Source: Candidatus Gottesmanbacteria bacterium
Lineage (GTDB): Bacteria > Patescibacteriota > Microgenomatia > 2-02-FULL-39-11
Assembly (NCBI GenBank): GCA_016195685.1
Contig: JACPZE010000020.1
Span: 21,725-85,724, forward strand
Length of the DNA: 64,000 nt
Direction of reading: 5' to 3'
Position numbers and translations under genes: made by a program. Shown here piece after piece: positions 28,601-38,780 of this stretch (position 1 is the first letter of the stretch; each line of letters starts with the position of its first letter). The notes beneath the pieces are model-generated. The model was not told the DNA's origin, did no database searches, and was given only the letters and a program-made list of their open reading frames with translations.

Positions 28601-29169
28601 AAAAGACAGTGATCTATTTTCTTCGTCATGGTGAAGTAGAGAATCCCAAAAAAATTATTTATGGAAGACTCCCAGGATTTAATCTGTCTGAAAACGGGAT
28701 AAAAAGGATAAAAGAAGTAGCACAAGAATTGAAAAGTCAAAAAATCGATTATTTATATGCCAGTCCCATGCGAAGAACAAGACAAACAGCAGAAATACTA
28801 AGTCAAGTATTCAGAATAAAAAAGAGGATTAGTCGATATCTTATTGAATCGAAACTTATACATGCAGGATTACCCTTGGATATTTTTAAAAAAGAAATAC
28901 AACCAAAACTTTATGAAGAAAAATATTTAAAACTCGGTCAGGAAAGTCCAGAGTCACAGGCCGATAGGATGTGGCGATTTGTTCAAGTGATGAAAAGTAA
29001 ACATATCGGAAAGACCATACTTGCGGTTTCTCACGGCGATCCGATAGTCATTCTGAAAGCAAAGATTTTGGGAAAGCCTTTCAATTGGCAATTCAAGTTG
29101 GAGAATTATCTTAAACCCGGATATTATCTAATTTTATCCTGCGAAGGAAATACATACAGAATTAAATAA
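28597..29169 (+). CDS. Histidine phosphatase family protein
   Basis: LRHGE, SPMRRT, VSHGD. Confidence 0.9.
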   Translation: MKKTVIYFLRHGEVENPKKIIYGRLPGFNLSENGIKRIKEVAQELKSQKIDYLYASPMRRTRQTAEILSQVFRIKKRISRYLIESKLIHAGLPLDIFKKEIQPKLYEEKYLKLGQESPESQADRMWRFVQVMKSKHIGKTILAVSHGDPIVILKAKILGKPFNWQFKLENYLKPGYYLILSCEGNTYRIK

Positions 29170-29174
29170 TTTTT

Positions 29175-29813
29175 ATGATGAATAATAAAAAATTCAAATT
29201 CCTTTTCACCAGCTTGGTATTTGGTTGCATTTTTATTTATTTAAGTTTTTTGGTGAATAAAGATATATTCCATAATCTGGATTATGATACCTTGGTTTAT
29301 CTTCAAAAGTCATTTAATCGAATAGTTGATATGCCGTTTTCGATACTCACGCTTTTAGGATCATCGGAATTTATTTTGCCAACAGTCACTTTAATATTTA
29401 CAATATTATTTTTGCGGAAAAAGCACTTGTTTAGCGGGTTATTTCTTATATTTTTGATTTATATTTTTGAGTTGACCGGAAAATTATTCATATATCATCC
29501 CAAACCTCCCATGATATTTAATCGCTATGTCCTTCATATTTTCCTTCCCAGCAGTTTCATAGTCGAAACCAATTTTTCCTATCCTTCCGGTCATATGGCC
29601 AGGATAACTTTTTTGACAGTAATTATTCTGTATTTTATTTTTAAATTTACTAAAAATAAGTTACATAAGAACTTTTTTATATTTCTATCAGTATTTTTTA
29701 TAACGGTTATGTTTATAAGCAGAATATACCTGGCAGAACATTGGTTTACAGATGTTCTGGGAGGATTACTTTTGGGTGTAAGTTTGGGAACTCTGGCTTT
29801 AAGCCTTTGGTAA
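29175..29813 (+). CDS. PAP2 family membrane phosphatase
   Basis: SYPSGH, SRIYLAEHWFTDV. Confidence 0.9.
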   Translation: MMNNKKFKFLFTSLVFGCIFIYLSFLVNKDIFHNLDYDTLVYLQKSFNRIVDMPFSILTLLGSSEFILPTVTLIFTILFLRKKHLFSGLFLIFLIYIFELTGKLFIYHPKPPMIFNRYVLHIFLPSSFIVETNFSYPSGHMARITFLTVIILYFIFKFTKNKLHKNFFIFLSVFFITVMFISRIYLAEHWFTDVLGGLLLGVSLGTLALSLW

Positions 29814-29815
29814 AT

Positions 29816-30532
29816 ATGACTGAATATAATCAGATAGTTAAATCAATAACTGAATTTATCAATCAATATACAGAAATGAATATCAAAGCTGTCGTGATGC
29901 ATTGTCCTTATTGGATAAACAGATTAAAAGATGGAAAAGTTACTTTGAGAGGATTTGCTAATGGTAAAGGGGAAGCAAATGAAATCAGAGAAGAATTGGA
30001 AAGGCGATTGGATTATTTACCCCCCAATCTTAAATTTAATCTTACTGATGAGGCAATTAGAAAATTTGCCAGACGTGAGAAAATTGGTATAGATTGTTCG
30101 GGGTTTGTGTATCGGGTGATAGATGAATTGTTGCAACTTGGCTATGGTGATACAAAATATAAAAAGCTAGATGAAATTTTTACCGGTGGGATCAATAAAA
30201 CAAATGTAGAGAGATTAACAAGCGATGAATATTCTAGACGGGTTTCTGACATGAGAAATTATAAGATCGGAGATGTTATCAGGTTATGGGGAGGCAAACA
30301 TGCAGCAATAATAATAAACAATAATAAAAAAGAGATTTTATATGCTCATTCTTCGTGGCTAAGTACAAAAATACAAGGTGTACATACTTCCAGAATTCAA
30401 ATTATAGACGAAGGCAAAACTTTAGAAGAGCAAAGATGGATGGAAGAAACGAGAAAAGGAGAAAATTTCGGACAGAAATATTTTAATTCAGAAAAAGGTG
30501 ATGGAGTTTTCCGGCTGAAAATATTTAATTAA
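29816..30532 (+). CDS. NlpC/P60-like cysteine hydrolase
   Basis: GIDCSGFV, GDVI...H, YAHSS. Confidence 0.65.
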   Translation: MTEYNQIVKSITEFINQYTEMNIKAVVMHCPYWINRLKDGKVTLRGFANGKGEANEIREELERRLDYLPPNLKFNLTDEAIRKFARREKIGIDCSGFVYRVIDELLQLGYGDTKYKKLDEIFTGGINKTNVERLTSDEYSRRVSDMRNYKIGDVIRLWGGKHAAIIINNNKKEILYAHSSWLSTKIQGVHTSRIQIIDEGKTLEEQRWMEETRKGENFGQKYFNSEKGDGVFRLKIFN

Positions 30533-30533
30533 T

Positions 30534-31931
30534 ATGCACGAACTCATCTCAAAATTACAGGGAAAAAATATCCATATTGTAGGAGTCAGTGGTGCAGAAG
30601 GAAGTAATATTCTCAGATTCCTCGCCAAGCATAAAATTTCGGGTATTACCGCCCACGATTTTTCAAATAAAATTAGTTTGGAAAAAAACTTCAGACTTTG
30701 GCATAAAGGACTAATGCCACAGGAAAGAAATAAACAATACCAACAATTTAAGAATTATTTATCAAATGTAAAGTTAAATTTGGATAAATCATATCTATCT
30801 GACATCCAACAGGCAGATATAGTTTTCGTGCCGCAATCTTGGAGGCTATATAAAATGGAAAATTTGCCTCTTTTTAGTGTAGTCGGTAAAATTCCATTTT
30901 ATTCTTTAACTCGGCTCTATCTTGACTTTGCGCCTGCCAAAATTATTGCAGTGACAGGAACAGTAGGAAAGGGCAGTACAGCGAATATTATTTTCCAATT
31001 ACTAAATGCCAACGGTAAAAAAGCTTACTTTGCCGGGAATGATACTTGGATGGCTCAATTGGGAGATAAATTAGATGAAATGGCTAAAGATGATTTTCTT
31101 GTTTTGGAAATATCACATAGGCAGCTATTGGACGGATTCACCAAAGCTCCATATATGGTAGTGGTAACGAATCTTTATCCAAATCATCTGGATGAGGTGA
31201 GTTGGGAAGAATACATCAATTTAAAATTATCTTTGGTCAGAACACAGGAACAAAGAGGAATATCCATATTGAACTATGATATTCCCCAGTTACGTTTGGA
31301 TGGTAAATTAAAATCGAAAATATTTTATTTCAGCGTAAAAACACCGGAAAAGAATACAAAAAGTATTCAGAATATATATGATAAATTGTTGAATAATAAA
31401 AGTGATCAATATTTATCAAATTTGTTGGCAGGATTAACAGTTTTAGAAATATTAGGACAAACTTTAATCAAAGTACTTCCTCAATTACTAAAGATTAAAC
31501 CTTTACCGGCAAGAATAGATTTAATCGGAAAAATAAATGGAATTAATTTTTATGATGATATAAAAAGTACTACTCCGTGGGCTACTGTCGCTGCAGTAAA
31601 CAAACTTGGGGAAAATACAATCCTAATTTGTGGAGGAAAAACCAAAGGAATAGATTATAACGATTTTGCAAATAATTTGTTGAAGAGAGTAAAGTTTACA
31701 ATAATGATAAAAAGTGAATTAAGTGAGACTTTGGTTAAGTTAATGCCGGAAGGCAGTTTCATCCTCGAGAATGATTTAGCGAAAGCAATAAGTATTGCTT
31801 ATAAAAAAGCTATAGTTTCCGATAATATTTTACTTTCTCCAGGTGCTGGATTTTTTTATAGTGATTTTATCAAAGGAAAGAAGTCTTACCGGAAACTTAT
31901 TACTTCTCTTCTTCCAAAGGAGCAAGTTTGA
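30534..31931 (+). CDS. murD: MurD-like Mur ligase
   Basis: AVTGTVGKGST, VLEIS, NLYPNHLD, DDIKSTTP, LICGGKTKG, LLSPG. Confidence 0.75.
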   Translation: MHELISKLQGKNIHIVGVSGAEGSNILRFLAKHKISGITAHDFSNKISLEKNFRLWHKGLMPQERNKQYQQFKNYLSNVKLNLDKSYLSDIQQADIVFVPQSWRLYKMENLPLFSVVGKIPFYSLTRLYLDFAPAKIIAVTGTVGKGSTANIIFQLLNANGKKAYFAGNDTWMAQLGDKLDEMAKDDFLVLEISHRQLLDGFTKAPYMVVVTNLYPNHLDEVSWEEYINLKLSLVRTQEQRGISILNYDIPQLRLDGKLKSKIFYFSVKTPEKNTKSIQNIYDKLLNNKSDQYLSNLLAGLTVLEILGQTLIKVLPQLLKIKPLPARIDLIGKINGINFYDDIKSTTPWATVAAVNKLGENTILICGGKTKGIDYNDFANNLLKRVKFTIMIKSELSETLVKLMPEGSFILENDLAKAISIAYKKAIVSDNILLSPGAGFFYSDFIKGKKSYRKLITSLLPKEQV

Positions 31932-32085
31932 GTGGATTGACTGATATAATTTCACATTCTACTCCGCAGGATGGACATTCTACTATTTTCCCGATATTTA
32001 TTCCTGTAGATAATTTTAGTGGAGTATCACATTCCGGGCAAACTGGAGCAAGCGTTGGGTTATTTGGACTGTCATCAGTAGTCAT
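31900..32085 (-). CDS. LysW-like zinc-ribbon carrier protein with atypical EEEK C-terminus
   Basis: CPECD...IVECPSCGVECEIISVNPLKLAPLEEEK matches LysW pattern but lacks EDWGE. Confidence 0.7.
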   Translation of the reverse strand: MTTDDSPNNPTLAPVCPECDTPLKLSTGINIGKIVECPSCGVECEIISVNPLKLAPLEEEK

Positions 32086-32115
32086 ATATAATTATCTAAT
32101 TAAACCATATTTGTT

Positions 32116-32976
32116 ATGATCAGACAAGATTTAATCACATTGGGTGAAGGTAATACTCCGCTTGTTGAAGTAAACGGTATCTATTTCAAATGTGAATTCA
32201 AAAATCCAACCGGATCGCATAAAGATAGGGCATTTGCCCTACAAGTATCTAATATTAAAGAAAAAGGAATAAAAAAAGCAGTAATATCATCTTCCGGCAA
32301 TGCGGCGATTTCTGCAGCTAATTATTGCAAACTGGCAGGTATTGCACTTACTGTTTTCGTTTCACCCCATATCAACAAAAAAAAGCTTCAGATATTAGAA
32401 AATTTAGATTGCGTAGTTATCAAATCTAATAGGCCTGTGAGCGATTCAATAAAATATGCCCAAAAAGGAGAAATATATAATCTGAGACAATCAACTGATA
32501 TAAATGCTGTTATCGGATATGAGTCGATCGCTAGTGAAATCATAGATAGCAAAATATCGCCGGACGCAATTTTTTTACCTGTAAGTAGTGGGACTACTCT
32601 CATAGGTATTGCTAATGGCTTTAAGAATTCAAAATACAAAATACCCGTCCACGCAGTCCAAACAGATCTTGTGCATCCGATTACTGGAATTTTTGATAAA
32701 GATTTTCCTAAGTCAGATGAAAAGAGTATGGCAGATGCAATTGTCGCCAGATACACCCCAAGGGAGGCTGAAGTGGTAAATATGATCAAGCAAACTGGCG
32801 GGTGGGGATGGGTGATCACTAATGAGGAGATGGAAAAGGGTAGAGTATGGTTATACTCTCACGACTTGGATTGTTCTTATGAAGGAGCAGCAACTCTTGC
32901 AGCTTTGTGGAAAGCAACAAAATACGGATACATATATGCCCATCCAGTGTGTATATTAACAGGAAAGTTTTACTAA
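32116..32976 (+). CDS. Threonine synthase-like fold-type II PLP enzyme
   Basis: LGEGNTPL, NPTGSHKDR, SSGNA, PVSSGT, ILTG. Confidence 0.8.
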   Translation: MIRQDLITLGEGNTPLVEVNGIYFKCEFKNPTGSHKDRAFALQVSNIKEKGIKKAVISSSGNAAISAANYCKLAGIALTVFVSPHINKKKLQILENLDCVVIKSNRPVSDSIKYAQKGEIYNLRQSTDINAVIGYESIASEIIDSKISPDAIFLPVSSGTTLIGIANGFKNSKYKIPVHAVQTDLVHPITGIFDKDFPKSDEKSMADAIVARYTPREAEVVNMIKQTGGWGWVITNEEMEKGRVWLYSHDLDCSYEGAATLAALWKATKYGYIYAHPVCILTGKFY

Positions 32977-32980
32977 AAAT

Positions 32981-34297
32981 ATGACTGACTGGAAGAAATA
33001 TTTTTCTGACGATAATATTTTTTTTGTGACTCCGGATGTAAAAAGAGGTCTTGGGTTCACCGGAATCCTGTCCCAATATCATATTATTTGTACAGACCTT
33101 GATCCGATAATCCCTGCGTTAAGAATTCAGGGGGCAAAGATATTTTGTCTGGAAGAGGAAGGAAGTGTTGATGTCAGTGAGATGCGTAATTCCGGTAAAT
33201 TACTGGAAAACTTACGGGTTTTGGAATATATAAAAAATAATTCCAAGGGTGCTCCGAAAGTTATGTATTTTAAACCATCGCTGAAGATCGATTCACTAGT
33301 AAAGCTTCATGGATTTACTCCGATCGGTAACAATACCGCATTAAACGAATTATTTGAAGATAAAGTCAGTTTCGCCCAAATTGCTAAGAATATTTTTCCT
33401 GATTATTTATTGCCTAGTATTTCGGGAATTTTAGGAGAACTTAATTATCCAGATTTATATGGAAAGTTGAGTTCTCCGCTAGTATTGCAGTTTGGGCATG
33501 GATGGGCCGGGAAAACTACGTTTTTTATAAACGGTGAAGAAGAATTTGAAATATTATCGCAAAAATTTCCCTATACAAAAGTAAAAATAAGCAAATTCAT
33601 AGAGGGATTTACCGTATTAAATAATTGTTGTTTATATCAAGGCCAAATATATATAAGTAGTCCAGCAGTACAGATAGATGGAATAGAAGAACTTGGAAGT
33701 AAACCAGGAGCGACCTGCGGCAGACAATGGCCGGCAAAATTTATTACAAATGCTCAAGTATCCCAAATCGAAGTCATTTCACGAAATTTAGGGAAACTGA
33801 TGAACGAAAAAGGCTTCAGAGGATTTTTGGGAATTGATTTTCTGATAGAAGAGAAGACCGGAAAAATTTATTTATCTGAAGTTAACGCCAGAATGACCGC
33901 ATCATCAGCTTTTTATACACTACTAGAAATAGGTTCAGGTAGTATTCCTCTTTTGGCCTATCATATGGCTGAATTTCTGGGAAAATCTATAAAGGATAAA
34001 TTTGAAGAGAATAATAATTTAGTTGGTTCTCAAGTGATTATGCGAAGCGGAAGAAGTTTAACAAATGTCGATAGTCATTTATTCGGAGTATTTAAATATG
34101 AAAATAATCGGACAAAGTTTATAAGAGACGAATATTATCCTAATAAACTCAGGGACGGTGAATATATTTTTATGGGAAAAAGATTAAAAGAAGGAAATTC
34201 TACAGATGAATTCGCCAGAATTGAGACAAAATACGAGATTTTAGAAAAGCCTAGGAAATTTAATAAACAATTCAAAAGGATAATCAATAATTATTAA
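32981..34297 (+). CDS. ATP-grasp ligase
   Basis: FEDK, GWAGKTT, FRGFLGIDFL, YLSEVNAR. Confidence 0.75.
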   Translation: MTDWKKYFSDDNIFFVTPDVKRGLGFTGILSQYHIICTDLDPIIPALRIQGAKIFCLEEEGSVDVSEMRNSGKLLENLRVLEYIKNNSKGAPKVMYFKPSLKIDSLVKLHGFTPIGNNTALNELFEDKVSFAQIAKNIFPDYLLPSISGILGELNYPDLYGKLSSPLVLQFGHGWAGKTTFFINGEEEFEILSQKFPYTKVKISKFIEGFTVLNNCCLYQGQIYISSPAVQIDGIEELGSKPGATCGRQWPAKFITNAQVSQIEVISRNLGKLMNEKGFRGFLGIDFLIEEKTGKIYLSEVNARMTASSAFYTLLEIGSGSIPLLAYHMAEFLGKSIKDKFEENNNLVGSQVIMRSGRSLTNVDSHLFGVFKYENNRTKFIRDEYYPNKLRDGEYIFMGKRLKEGNSTDEFARIETKYEILEKPRKFNKQFKRIINNY

Positions 34298-34299
34298 AA

Positions 34300-35574
34300 T
34301 TATTTTTTGATTAAACCTCCGATCATAAGTACTACTGCAATGGTCATAAAGACAAAAGTTATCCAAGCGATAATTTTACTTACCTTATTTGTTCTATGAA
34401 GGCCTACAATTCTTTTATCGTCAGCTAACCTAATGATTATAGCAATTAAAGGAACAGCGATTATGCCATTAAGTATTGCGCTGTAATAAAGAGCTTTTAT
34501 GGCGTTAATACCTAAGAGATTCATAAGGGCGCCAATCGTTGTAGCGAAACCGATAGTTGCGTAAAATGCCTTTGCCTCCGTAAATTTTTTCGCTAGTCCT
34601 TCTTTAAAACCAAAACTTTCGGCAAAGGCATAAGCGGCGCTCCCCGCGAGGACGGGTACAGACTGTAAACCAATACCGATGATACCGAAAGTAAAAAGTA
34701 GATAAGCAGAATCTCCGGCTAAGGGTCGCAATGATAACGCTACTTGTTGTGGAGTCTCGATATCATGGATACCGTTTCGGAATAGTGTTGCACTTGTAGT
34801 AAGAAGAATGGCAAAAGCTATCAGATTGGAAAAAATCATCCCGGCTGCGGTATCTTTTTGCATGTGATGAATCTCTTCTTTTAAAATAGTCGGAGACTCT
34901 TCAAATTCCGTGATTTTTCCTTCTTTTATTTCTTCTTCTACTTCCTGGGATGCCTGCCAAAAGAAAAGATACGGAGATATGGTAGTACCCAAGAATCCAA
35001 CCAAGATCATGACGTACTTGATATTGAATTCGATATGAGGGATAAAAGTATATTTGATAACTGATAACCAGTCTTGTTTTACTATCAATGCAGTTATTCC
35101 GTAACCTAATAAGGTAAGCCCCATCCATTTAAGGTAACGAGAATATTTATCGTACGAAACAAATATTTCTAAAAATATAGTAAAAACGGTTACGAAAATA
35201 AGCCAAAAAAAGAATGGCAGTCTAAGTACCATCTGCATAGAAGCAGCCATGATTCCGAGATCCGCTCCAATATTTATAGTATTGGCAATGATAAGAAGCG
35301 ATAAGGCAAAAATAAGAAGTTTCTTTGAATAATATTTTCTGATACTGCCGGCAAGTCCCATACCAGATACCATGCCTATTCTGCCGCACATTTCTTGGAC
35401 TGAGATCATCATCGGCGTAAGAAATAAAGTAAGCCAATTCAATGAATATCCAAATTGAGCTCCGGCTATAGAGTAAGTGGCGACACCAGAAGGATCATCG
35501 TCTGCAGCTCCTGTGACAAAACCAGGACCAAGTCTAGCAAATTTACTGGCGATGAGCCTGATTATCTTTCTCAT
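34300..35574 (-). CDS. NRAMP family divalent metal transporter
   Basis: [27 protein letters not shown]. Confidence 0.9.
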   Translation of the reverse strand: MRKIIRLIASKFARLGPGFVTGAADDDPSGVATYSIAGAQFGYSLNWLTLFLTPMMISVQEMCGRIGMVSGMGLAGSIRKYYSKKLLIFALSLLIIANTINIGADLGIMAASMQMVLRLPFFFWLIFVTVFTIFLEIFVSYDKYSRYLKWMGLTLLGYGITALIVKQDWLSVIKYTFIPHIEFNIKYVMILVGFLGTTISPYLFFWQASQEVEEEIKEGKITEFEESPTILKEEIHHMQKDTAAGMIFSNLIAFAILLTTSATLFRNGIHDIETPQQVALSLRPLAGDSAYLLFTFGIIGIGLQSVPVLAGSAAYAFAESFGFKEGLAKKFTEAKAFYATIGFATTIGALMNLLGINAIKALYYSAILNGIIAVPLIAIIIRLADDKRIVGLHRTNKVSKIIAWITFVFMTIAVVLMIGGLIKK

Positions 35575-35662
35575 TTATACACTACAGTCTACTCCCGTAA
35601 GTTTCACAATTTCAAGAGGATATTTTGCAAACTCCATTGTACTTGCTAGCAGGAGCTTAAAT

Positions 35663-36700
35663 ATGAGAAAATTAGACTCTATGGAAGAAGGATTAAGTAA
35701 CAGACTTGCGGAAGTTATCCTAAAGCTTAATATTACAAATAAACTAGAGCGCATTGCCCAAATAGAAAAAGATACGGCTGACCCTAACTTTTGGCAAAAT
35801 CCAGAAAAATCAACCGTAGCGATGAAAGAACTGGCATATTTAACAAAGCAAGTGAAGATCGTTGAGGAAGTGAAACAGCTTATCGAGGCTGGAAATCTTG
35901 ACCTGGCAGCGAAAGAGTTGGATGATCTGGAATTCGACTTATATTTTTCCGGGCCACATGATACAGATGGGGCAATACTTTCTATCCATGCAGGGCAGGG
36001 TGGTACAGAAGCTATGGATTGGTCTGAAATGCTTATGAGGATGTATATGCGTTTTGTTGAAAGAAGAAGTTGGAAGAGTGACGTGATAGATAAAATTCCC
36101 GGAGATGAAGCAGGTATAAAAAGTGTAACCCTAAACATAAATGAACCTTTAGCTTATGGATATCTTAAAAGTGAAGCCGGTGCTCATAGATTAGTCCGGC
36201 AATCTCCATTTAATGCAGATAAATTGAGGCAAACATCATTTGCTTTAGTGGAAGTAGTACCAATTATAGATGATACACAGGAAGTGGAGATAAAAGATGA
36301 CGAGCTAGAATGGGAATTTTATCGAAGTGGAGGTAAAGGTGGTCAAAATGTAAATAAAGTTTCTACTGCTGTGCGACTAACGCATAAACCGACTGGACTG
36401 ATAGTAGAATGTCAGGAGCAAAGATACCAAGGGCAAAATAGGGAAACTGCCCTTCGACTACTCAGGGGTAAACTTTGGCAAATGATGAATGATCAAAAAG
36501 TGAAGCATTTATCAGAATTAAAAGGCAAGTTCAAATTAGCTTCGTGGGGTAACCAGATCCGTTCTTATGTTTTGCATCCTTACCATATGGTAAAAGACCT
36601 ACGCACCGGATATGAAACCAGTAATACAAAAGATGTTTTGGACGGACAACTTGATGAATTGATGATCGCCTACTTGAAAAAATTTATCAATGTCGTATAG
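35663..36700 (+). CDS. prfB: Peptide chain release factor 2 (no programmed frameshift)
   Basis: [11 protein letters not shown] motif, [12 protein letters not shown]; RBS AGGAG before ATG 35663. Confidence 0.95.
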   Translation: MRKLDSMEEGLSNRLAEVILKLNITNKLERIAQIEKDTADPNFWQNPEKSTVAMKELAYLTKQVKIVEEVKQLIEAGNLDLAAKELDDLEFDLYFSGPHDTDGAILSIHAGQGGTEAMDWSEMLMRMYMRFVERRSWKSDVIDKIPGDEAGIKSVTLNINEPLAYGYLKSEAGAHRLVRQSPFNADKLRQTSFALVEVVPIIDDTQEVEIKDDELEWEFYRSGGKGGQNVNKVSTAVRLTHKPTGLIVECQEQRYQGQNRETALRLLRGKLWQMMNDQKVKHLSELKGKFKLASWGNQIRSYVLHPYHMVKDLRTGYETSNTKDVLDGQLDELMIAYLKKFINVV

Positions 36701-36708
36701 TAAGAGAT

Positions 36709-37182
36709 ATGAATAACTCAAGTCCCAGCAAAAAAATAGATTTGGCAGATTTACCTGACGAAAAACTGGTACATAATTTAGACGGGGATCAAAAATCTAT
36801 GCCTAAGCAAATAGTTTTAGGAGCTGTTGTCATAATACTTGCAGGTCTTTTGACGGGATATTTTCTTTCTGGATCTCTTTCGAAAAAAATTTCTTCTTCA
36901 GTTTCTAATTCTTTCCCAGGATCCTTGGGAAAAACAGTCGGATCCACAGATACAAAAACTTTTCCAGACTCGGCAGAGGGAAATCTTGAAGCTGGTGGAT
37001 TAAATGGTGAAGGTACACATAAATTAGTAAGACCGGGTGGTGAAAGTCAAACGGTCTATCTTACTTCATCAGTTTTGGACCTAAATCAATTCGTAGGTAA
37101 AAAGGTAAAAGTTTGGGGTCAAACATTTTCTGCTAAAAAAGCAGGTTGGTTGATGGATGTTGGTAGAGTTGAAGTTTTATGA
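36709..37182 (+). CDS. Hypothetical single-TM protein
   Basis: One TM, C-terminal beta-rich domain; in operon with ftsE. Confidence 0.7.
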   Translation: MNNSSPSKKIDLADLPDEKLVHNLDGDQKSMPKQIVLGAVVIILAGLLTGYFLSGSLSKKISSSVSNSFPGSLGKTVGSTDTKTFPDSAEGNLEAGGLNGEGTHKLVRPGGESQTVYLTSSVLDLNQFVGKKVKVWGQTFSAKKAGWLMDVGRVEVL

Positions 37183-37856
37183 TCGTCTTTAACGACGTTA
37201 GTAAAAAATACTCCGCAAATGTAGTTGCTCTTCATGAAATAAACCTCACAATTTCGGATGGTGAGTTTGTTTTTCTGGTCGGCTCATCCGGTGCTGGAAA
37301 AACTACCATGTTGAGATTGGTTTTCGGAGATTTAATTCCTACAAAAGGCTCTGTATTTGTAGATGATTGGGAAGTGAATAAACTAAAATCCAATCTTATC
37401 CCATTACTTCGACGCAAGGTTGGTTTTGTATTCCAGGATTTTAAATTGCTTTCTGATAGAACGGTATATGAAAATATTGCAGTCGCTTTGGAAATTTTAG
37501 GTAGAACTAAAAAAGAAATGGATAAGCGTATAAATGAAGTATTGGAAATAGTAAGTCTTGTTGGCAAAGCAAATTATTTTCCACGCCAAATGTCTTGGGG
37601 AGAGCAACAAAGAGTGGCTATCGGACGTGCAATTGCCGGAGAAGCAAAAATACTTTTGGCAGATGAACCTACAGGTAATCTTGATCCTAAAACATCTTGG
37701 GAGATACTAAAAATTATTGATAAGATAAATAAAGATGGAACTTCTGTCATCATGGCTACGCACAATGTAGATATTGTGGATAGTATGAAAAAAAGAGTGA
37801 TTGAAATTTATAATGGACGGATAGTCCGGGATGAAAAAAAGAGCAAATATTCATAA
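37179..37856 (+). CDS. ftsE: Cell division ATP-binding protein FtsE
   Basis: GSSGAGKTT, VFQDFKLL, LADEPTGNLD; followed by ftsX. Confidence 0.92.
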   Translation: MIVFNDVSKKYSANVVALHEINLTISDGEFVFLVGSSGAGKTTMLRLVFGDLIPTKGSVFVDDWEVNKLKSNLIPLLRRKVGFVFQDFKLLSDRTVYENIAVALEILGRTKKEMDKRINEVLEIVSLVGKANYFPRQMSWGEQQRVAIGRAIAGEAKILLADEPTGNLDPKTSWEILKIIDKINKDGTSVIMATHNVDIVDSMKKRVIEIYNGRIVRDEKKSKYS

Positions 37857-37859
37857 TTT

Positions 37860-38768
37860 ATGGCTTCAACTATATCTTTTTGGCAAAGAATAAGGCGTAC
37901 TCCATACCAGGCTGTGGCTTCTGTATTCATGATCTTCATGACATTGTTTGTACTTGCGGTTTTTTTCCTTTTGGCTGGCGGTCTTTCATCCTTACTATCT
38001 TATTTTGAAACTAAACCCCAGTTAACAGTCTTTTTCAAAGATGAGAAAAGCAAAGCCTCTGTAAATGAACTCATCGGAAAACTTCAAACAACAGGGAAGG
38101 TAGCAAGTTATCAATATATTTCAAAAGATCAGGCTCTGGCGATTTATAGGGAACAAAACAAAAATGACCCTCTTCTTTTAGAAATGGTTACCGCGGATAT
38201 ATTACCTTCTTCTTTGGAAATTTCTGCAACTTCACCGCAATATCTTGTTGAACTTTCTGATATGGCAAAAAAAGAAACCGCTATAGACGAAGTTGTTTTC
38301 CAAAAAGATGTTGTAGATACATTGGTATCTTGGACTTCAACAATTCGGAAAATAGGTTTAGTCTTTTTGGTATTTCTTATTTCCTCAACAATTTTTATAC
38401 TTTTAACAAGTGTAGGTATGAAGATTGCTCTTAAAAAAGAGGAAATTGAGATACTCAAACTTGTGGGAGCAACATCTTGGTATATAAGAAAACCTTTTAT
38501 TTATGAAGGTGTTACGTATGGGATAGTAGGAGCATGTTTGTCTTTCCTGGTAGTTTCGGGAATTATGCTTTATCTTCAGCCTTTTATCACTTCATTCTTG
38601 AAGGGAATCCCTGCTCTTTCTTTGTTGCATGTCTTTGGTATCAATATCATAATTTGGCCACCATCATTAATCCTCTTTATAATTTTGTGGGCAATATTAA
38701 CAATTGCTGGATTCCTTATCGGTCTTTGTGGAAGTAGTCTAGCCGTCTCTCGCTACCTAAAAAATTAA
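37860..38768 (+). CDS. ftsX: Cell division permease FtsX
   Basis: EIEILKLVGATSWYIRKPF; 4 TM. Confidence 0.9.
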   Translation: MASTISFWQRIRRTPYQAVASVFMIFMTLFVLAVFFLLAGGLSSLLSYFETKPQLTVFFKDEKSKASVNELIGKLQTTGKVASYQYISKDQALAIYREQNKNDPLLLEMVTADILPSSLEISATSPQYLVELSDMAKKETAIDEVVFQKDVVDTLVSWTSTIRKIGLVFLVFLISSTIFILLTSVGMKIALKKEEIEILKLVGATSWYIRKPFIYEGVTYGIVGACLSFLVVSGIMLYLQPFITSFLKGIPALSLLHVFGINIIIWPPSLILFIILWAILTIAGFLIGLCGSSLAVSRYLKN

Positions 38769-38780
38769 TTTTCGTCTTTT

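Noticed and set aside
31928-32119. Plus-strand 63-aa ORF bridging murD and the PLP gene
   Set aside because: Antisense to the LysW-like gene, which has the convincing CxxC motifs
35477-35740. Extended prfB start and possible +1 frameshift site
   Set aside because: Extension overlaps the opposite-strand NRAMP gene. The frame is continuous from ATG 35663, with CTT AAT where CTT TGA would be, so no frameshift
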